Part shown: piece after piece, positions 59,168-64,000 of the stretch
How the letters are laid out: the number at the start of each line of letters is the position of its first letter
How positions within the stretch are numbered: position 1 is the first letter of the stretch
Origin: Candidatus Hecatella orcuttiae
Lineage (GTDB): Archaea > Thermoproteota > Bathyarchaeia > Hecatellales > Hecatellaceae
Length of the DNA: 64,000 bases
NCBI GenBank assembly: GCA_002011035.2
Contig: MTLY02000002.1
Span: 160,001 to 224,000, forward strand
Direction: 5' to 3'
Notes under the pieces: generated by a model
The model's input: the letters and a program-made list of their open reading frames with translations, nothing else
The model's database searches: none
Told to the model about the DNA's origin: nothing
Program-made: the position numbers and the translations under genes

Positions 59168-60442
59168 CTAAGAGCTTTGCTTAGCCGTGAAGAAACTGTT
59201 AGGAGGAAGGTCGGAGTAAACAGTGAGGCCTGGAGCTATTCGAGTGTAAGGGCCCACTTGAACGCCGGGCATGAGGCTGACATTGACTCCTGTCTGAACG
59301 TGGTCTCCCAAGATTGCTCCCAGCTTTCTCAAGCCGCTGTCCACTTTCACCCCTTTCACCGTGATTTTCACAGTTTCGCCGTCAAGCCTCACGTTCCCCA
59401 CCACCGTCCCAGCCCCGAGGTTGCAGTTTTCCCCGAGGATGCTGTCGCCCACGTAGGAGAGATGGGGAACGCGGGCGCCATCCATGAGGATACTATTCTT
59501 AACCTCACACCCCTGCCCCACAAAGGCATTTCTGCCGATGACAGTGAAAGAGCGTATGTAGGCGTTAGGACCGACGGTGCTGCCCTCCCCAAAGAAAGCA
59601 GGGCCTTCTACGTAGGTTCCAGCCCTCAAACAGGCTCCAGCTTCAACCCTCACAGGCCCCTTAATCCTAACTCCTCTATCAACTCGACCTTTCCTCAAAG
59701 GTTTAAGCTTCTTCAGAGCCCTTTTATTGGCTTCCAAAAGGTCCCAAGGTCTGCCTATGTCCAGCCATTCTTCGCTGCTGAATTTTACTGCATAGAAAGG
59801 CTCAGACTCCTCTTGGATCATCCTGTTAACGGCGTCCGTTAGTTCGATTTCCCCCCGAGACGACCTCCGAACATCTCTCAACGCCTTGAAAATTTTTTGG
59901 GTGAAAACATAGACCCCCGCGTTGGCGAGGTTGGAAAGCGGCCTCTTCGGCTTCTCCACGATGTTAAGGACGTTTCCCTGAGAGCCGAGTTTGACGACGC
60001 CATATTGTTGGGGGTTCTCAACTTCAACCACCCCCATGAGGCCTGAAAGTTTTTCCCCGTCCTTCTTCCATACGTTCCTCAGTCTCTCCAAGGCTTGAGG
60101 TTTGAGGTAAAGGTCTCCGTATACGGTGAGAAATTCCTCGGCTTCGAGGAAACGTTCAACGGAGTTTAGGGCGTTTCCCGTTCCTTTCTCCTTTTTTTGA
60201 GAAACATGGTGAACCGTTAAACTCGGATGTGATGTTTCACTCAAGGTTTCTCTAATTTTTTCTCCGAGGTAGCCTACCACCAGAAAGACCTCATCCACAC
60301 CTACATGCTTCACGGCTTTTAGGAGGTGAAGGAGAAGGGGGACACCGGCTACAGGGAGCAGGGATTTCGGTTTAGTCCAAGTGAGAGGCCTAAGCCGAAC
60401 GCCTTCTCCCGCTGCCAAGATGACTGCTTTCAACTTTTCCAT
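59168..60442 (-). CDS. glmU: Bifunctional sugar-1-phosphate nucleotidyltransferase/acetyltransferase (GlmU-like)
   Basis: ILAAGEG.RLRPLT..KPK, RGE.ELTD, W.D.GRPWDLL, PHLSYVGDS hexapeptide domain. Confidence 0.88.
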   Translation of the reverse strand: MEKLKAVILAAGEGVRLRPLTWTKPKSLLPVAGVPLLLHLLKAVKHVGVDEVFLVVGYLGEKIRETLSETSHPSLTVHHVSQKKEKGTGNALNSVERFLEAEEFLTVYGDLYLKPQALERLRNVWKKDGEKLSGLMGVVEVENPQQYGVVKLGSQGNVLNIVEKPKRPLSNLANAGVYVFTQKIFKALRDVRRSSRGEIELTDAVNRMIQEESEPFYAVKFSSEEWLDIGRPWDLLEANKRALKKLKPLRKGRVDRGVRIKGPVRVEAGACLRAGTYVEGPAFFGEGSTVGPNAYIRSFTVIGRNAFVGQGCEVKNSILMDGARVPHLSYVGDSILGENCNLGAGTVVGNVRLDGETVKITVKGVKVDSGLRKLGAILGDHVQTGVNVSLMPGVQVGPYTRIAPGLTVYSDLPPNSFFTAKQSS

Positions 60443-60487
60443 CCATCAAACTTAGGTTTGTTGAAAAATTAAAATATGCTGACAACG

Positions 60488-61108
60488 TTAAGCAGCCACA
60501 AGCTTCGGTTCTTCATACGTAGAAGGCATGGCTAAAAGCTTACTCTTTCTGACACCAACATGTCTTAGCGGGAGAATTTTAGTGGATTTGTTGTATATTT
60601 CTGAAGCAACCTTACCTAAGACCAGCTCTTGGACCAGTTGATCGAAATTCAAAGTTTTACTTTTCTCTTGGATGACTTCTTGAGCTATTGTCCTTATGGC
60701 TGTCTCTTGGGATGGATTAGCCCTTCTCTTTGTGAAGGCTGTTGCCAGAATCCTAAGCTTAAACCCGTCCTTGGTGGTGGTGTCCACTACCGCGTCCACC
60801 TTGGAGCTCCAACGGCGGACGAGACTTCGCAGGTACTCCCGAGCATACTCATGGCCTTTGAACACGGTTTCCGCCTTAGCGCCTTCCACCTTCACGACTT
60901 GGAAGAAAATCTTGATGCTCATGTGGGAAACATTCTGCTTGGTTAAATCATAGAGAGTTGTTTCCACAACTCTCCCCATCAAATGCTGACTGTCAGAGGC
61001 AGGGAGGAGGGCGATTTCATGGCCTCCGAAATAGGGGGGTGCATAGGCTGTGAACCATGTTTTTAAACGCCACTTATCTCGGATTTTCCCCCTTTTCTGA
61101 GACGACAA
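60488..61108 (-). CDS. rps3ae: 30S ribosomal protein S3Ae
   Basis: DKW..K.W...AP..F, GR.VE.TL.DL, Y.RSLVRR..SK.D, PLR.V.VRK.K. Confidence 0.95.
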   Translation of the reverse strand: MSSQKRGKIRDKWRLKTWFTAYAPPYFGGHEIALLPASDSQHLMGRVVETTLYDLTKQNVSHMSIKIFFQVVKVEGAKAETVFKGHEYAREYLRSLVRRWSSKVDAVVDTTTKDGFKLRILATAFTKRRANPSQETAIRTIAQEVIQEKSKTLNFDQLVQELVLGKVASEIYNKSTKILPLRHVGVRKSKLLAMPSTYEEPKLVAA

Positions 61109-61183
61109 GCTTCACCACCAAAGCTCAATGAATATCGAAGTAGAAGTTTATAAGACTATAGGGAAGACTTTCTCAGAAAACTG

Positions 61184-62758
61184 TTAGGTGGAGGTTTTCT
61201 TAGGCCAGAGGAGGGTCTTAGGCAGCTTGTAGGCTCCAAACCTTTTCCTGACTGTTTCAGGCCAATTCTCAGGGTTGAAGCCGTAAGATGCCAGAAAAGC
61301 AGCAGTCCAGCGGGAGATCCCCAACCCAGTGCAACCGGTCCAGAGAGGGCGGTTTTTAGCCTCGTGGAGGCTGAAGCTTTTGACAAACTTATCCTTGTGA
61401 ACAAAGCAGCCTGCGATCTCCAGCCATTCAGCTTTTTTCCTTTCCCCTCGGTAGGGGAGGTAGACCTCCACATCGAAGGCGGCGACATTACGGCTGTCCT
61501 GGATGTCTCCGATTTCTCCCTCCTTCATGTAGAAGGGGGCGGCTGCCACAATCCGCCAATCCAGCTCCAGCAGTTTGTCAACCACGTCTACCACGCTGTC
61601 TCTTACTGCATCCCTGATCTCCACCACTTGTTCCGGGGAGCCGAGGTAAACCAGCTCTATTCTCCTGAACTCTTGGATTCGAACCAGCCCCTCTACGCCT
61701 CCCCCTTCCCACCGGTAGGTCCACCCTGACCTGTCGTAAAGCTTGATAGGAAGATCCTCAAGCCTCAGGGTTTCATGGCTGAAAAACTGCCAAAAGGGCT
61801 CACACTGAGCAGGTGCAAGGACATATTCAGGTTCTTTCAGGATGCGTTTTAACAGCTCCTTGGGGATCCTCTTGGTCACTTTCACCGTCTCTTTAAACTC
61901 GGTGAAGGCCTCGGGGTCTCGGGGCGGAGGGCATACGTAGTACATGCCCTCAGGGATGCCCTCCAAGTAGCCGGGCATCCGCTTCATAACCGCCAAAGGA
62001 ATAAGCTTCGGGAGCATGAAAGGTTGAAACCCCAGTTTCTTCACGACATTTTCCATGAGAAGCTGCTCTATGACCTCGGAAAGCATGGCATAGGGTGTAG
62101 TGTAAATCCACTGGCCTCTCCCCGGAAACTCCTTAAACCAGCCCAGCTCAACTCCAAGCTCGACAGGGTCTCCTCGGAAGGCCAGTCGACGGGGAACCCC
62201 CTGCCTAACCACTGGATGAACTTCTTCCAGCCTAGCTTCAACCTTTTCTTCCGCCAGCCTCCTCGCAAGGCTGACAACCCTATCAGGGAGGTTATCCTTC
62301 AACTCCGTTTCAGTGAGAGTCTTAAACCGCAGAATCAGTTTTCCATCTTTCCCATAAGCATCCTTGATGTGAGGAAGCCCACGAATTTTTTCCAGGCTTT
62401 GTTGAGAAACTTCTGCGGAAACTTCTACAACCAGATCCGAGACCTCTAAGCCCCGGATGCCAACTTTAAGCTTGGAGCCCAACTCTTGAGCTAGAGCTTT
62501 TCTAAACCTTATCACCGCTGAGGGAGCTCTGACATGGGAGCCAGACCTCACCTGAATAGACAGGGTTCTGCCTTTAACTGTCCAGCTGACTATTTGAGCC
62601 GCCTCCTCTGATCGGCCTGGAGGCGCCCCTTTCAGTAGAAGTTCACGGTTGGCTTTGTCCACCAGTCTTTTGATCACCGCCTCAGCCTCAGCGCCTTCGG
62701 CTTCCCGGCTTAGGGTTAAATGGCAAGTGAGCTGCATCATTAAGGATGGGAGAGTCAT
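61184..62758 (-). CDS. serS: Serine--tRNA ligase, type 2 (methanogen-type)
   Basis: LL.KGAP, S.SHVRA..A..R.RK.L...LG, FPGRGQW, PAQCEPF, YRWEGGG..GL.R..EF.RIE, WTGC.G.G..RW. Confidence 0.88.
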   Translation of the reverse strand: MTLPSLMMQLTCHLTLSREAEGAEAEAVIKRLVDKANRELLLKGAPPGRSEEAAQIVSWTVKGRTLSIQVRSGSHVRAPSAVIRFRKALAQELGSKLKVGIRGLEVSDLVVEVSAEVSQQSLEKIRGLPHIKDAYGKDGKLILRFKTLTETELKDNLPDRVVSLARRLAEEKVEARLEEVHPVVRQGVPRRLAFRGDPVELGVELGWFKEFPGRGQWIYTTPYAMLSEVIEQLLMENVVKKLGFQPFMLPKLIPLAVMKRMPGYLEGIPEGMYYVCPPPRDPEAFTEFKETVKVTKRIPKELLKRILKEPEYVLAPAQCEPFWQFFSHETLRLEDLPIKLYDRSGWTYRWEGGGVEGLVRIQEFRRIELVYLGSPEQVVEIRDAVRDSVVDVVDKLLELDWRIVAAAPFYMKEGEIGDIQDSRNVAAFDVEVYLPYRGERKKAEWLEIAGCFVHKDKFVKSFSLHEAKNRPLWTGCTGLGISRWTAAFLASYGFNPENWPETVRKRFGAYKLPKTLLWPKKTST

Positions 62759-62759
62759 G

Positions 62760-63005
62760 TCAGAGCACCTTCAAAGTCTTTTCAGCCGCCTGCAAGCATG
62801 AAAGCAAATCGTCTAAGGTGGCTAAAAAGGTTTCAAAGTTTTTGTCGCATTCTACGGTTGAGAAGAAGGTTTTATTCTTGAACCAAGATTTTACAGAAAG
62901 CTGAGGTGGCGTCTGAAGATTATCCGCTTTCACGCTTTTCGCCAGAGCTTCGGCTTTTCTTCTCCTCTCCATCTTAATCCTCAGCTCAGCCTTAAACTTC
63001 GCCAA
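62760..63005 (-). CDS. KEOPS complex subunit Pcc1-like
   Basis: A.A...S...DN...P, FLAT.DD.L..L..A; located in the usual pcc1-rps3ae neighbourhood. Confidence 0.75.
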   Translation of the reverse strand: MAKFKAELRIKMERRRKAEALAKSVKADNLQTPPQLSVKSWFKNKTFFSTVECDKNFETFLATLDDLLSCLQAAEKTLKVL

Positions 63006-63082
63006 CTAAACCGTAACCTCCTCTGAGAATCATCTGGTCAACTGGCCCTAATACGTTTTCCATCATCAGAGAGATAGAGGCT

Positions 63083-63877
63083 TCACTTCAACTGATCGGT
63101 ATAAATTTTGGAAAATAACTTGATAGGCCCCGGATACTTGCCAGCCCTTATTTCGTCAAGTCCCATAGCCGCAAACTTTAAAGCCTCTCTGGCTTTTTGA
63201 GCAAGCCCTACCCCCACCTTGAACTTGACTCCGGTTTCCTCATACACGGCGGTTATAATTTCGTGCAGCTCAGAAGTAGACAAACCATTACATGGTGAGA
63301 TAAAGTTGTCTCCTCCGCAGAAAAAGAGGAGAGCCTCTTTTTCTTTAAGGAGGAAAGCTAAAGTTTGAAATGAACGGTCTATCGCCAATGCCGCATCATA
63401 CGCCGATCTAGTGTCGAGGAAAAGTTTGGTTGAATCATCTACGTCAAAGTGGGCTATTTGAACCAAGCCTCCACCTTCATCCACGATTTTTTCGGAATTT
63501 ATGAGAATCATTCTTTGACTATGTACGGGGGATGTATTGCGTTTGATAAGTTCCTCCGACGCCCATCTTTGAGCCTTGTAGGCGGTAGAACTTACACCGA
63601 CGCTCATGCTTACCGATATGGGGTAGCGGCTACAAATTTCAGATTGAATACGCCTATGGGATCCTTCATCTATTCCGTTAGTTACCGCCATCATGGTATC
63701 AAAGCTGTGGAAGAATGCTATTCCGCCAAGCGAAGAAAAAAATCTTTGAACATCAGTGTAGAGACTGGCCTGCAATATTTGCAGTTTATCTTCACGGTCA
63801 TATCCCAAAGAAGAAGTCCAGCGGCCATAATTATCGATCTGGATGAGGGTTATCTGTATTAGGCCGTTGGAAAACAT
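63083..63877 (-). CDS. gch3: GTP cyclohydrolase III/IIa
   Basis: IQIDNYG.WT..LG..RE..LQ.LQ, FD...AVTNG, AHFDV.D.T, FF.GGDN, KVGVG. Confidence 0.88.
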   Translation of the reverse strand: MFSNGLIQITLIQIDNYGRWTSSLGYDREDKLQILQASLYTDVQRFFSSLGGIAFFHSFDTMMAVTNGIDEGSHRRIQSEICSRYPISVSMSVGVSSTAYKAQRWASEELIKRNTSPVHSQRMILINSEKIVDEGGGLVQIAHFDVDDSTKLFLDTRSAYDAALAIDRSFQTLAFLLKEKEALLFFCGGDNFISPCNGLSTSELHEIITAVYEETGVKFKVGVGLAQKAREALKFAAMGLDEIRAGKYPGPIKLFSKIYTDQLK

Positions 63878-63889
63878 CTGCCACGTCCT

Positions 63890-64000
63890 CTAAGAGATTG
63901 TTATCGGATAGCTCTCGGCGGAAGCTACTTTTACCAACCTGACACGTTTAACCATCTTGACGGCTGCTTCTACTGCCCTCTTCGCATACTCATCTATTCT
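63890..64000 (-). CDS. ribH: 6,7-dimethyl-8-ribityllumazine synthase, 3' end only
   Basis: Manual translation RIDEYAKRAVEAAVKMVKRV...* resembles the archaeal RibH C-terminus; upstream of gch3. Confidence 0.7.
   Translation of the reverse strand, partial: RIDEYAKRAVEAAVKMVKRVRLVKVASAESYPITIS

Overview
Archaeal chromosomal window. The TACK/Bathyarchaeia-like assignment is inferred from gene content: CdhA, MtmB-like, F420-dependent FrhB-like, Cdc6, Alba, aIF-1A/aIF-2beta-Rio1-Dim2-Top6B/A, L15e, S3Ae and Pcc1. Most of the window is housekeeping, with two tRNA genes (Leu-CAG, Ala-CGC). The strongest observation is that tyrS is interrupted next to the HIGH motif by a 29-nt insert (16517..16545, minus strand) that folds into a canonical bulge-helix-bulge (BHB). 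Cutting at the standard BHB positions restores the frame exactly (GFEPSG-L-MHLG), which points to a tRNA-type intron in the mRNA of an essential gene. Other notable items: (1) a Tat-exported NXR/periplasmic-Nar-type molybdoenzyme operon with no heme gamma subunit, carrying two CuA cupredoxins and a NapH-like polyferredoxin instead, next to an ArsR-DUF1858-cdhA unit; (2) an operon of two Zn-dehydrogenases, a highly divergent cis-prenyltransferase-fold protein and a class I isoprenoid-synthase-like protein; (3) a copper-resistance cluster with two in-frame stops; (4) a pyrrolysine-free MtmB; (5) a methanogen-type SerRS; (6) two genes with no canonical start codon. All calls come from reading motifs by eye; no database searches were run.
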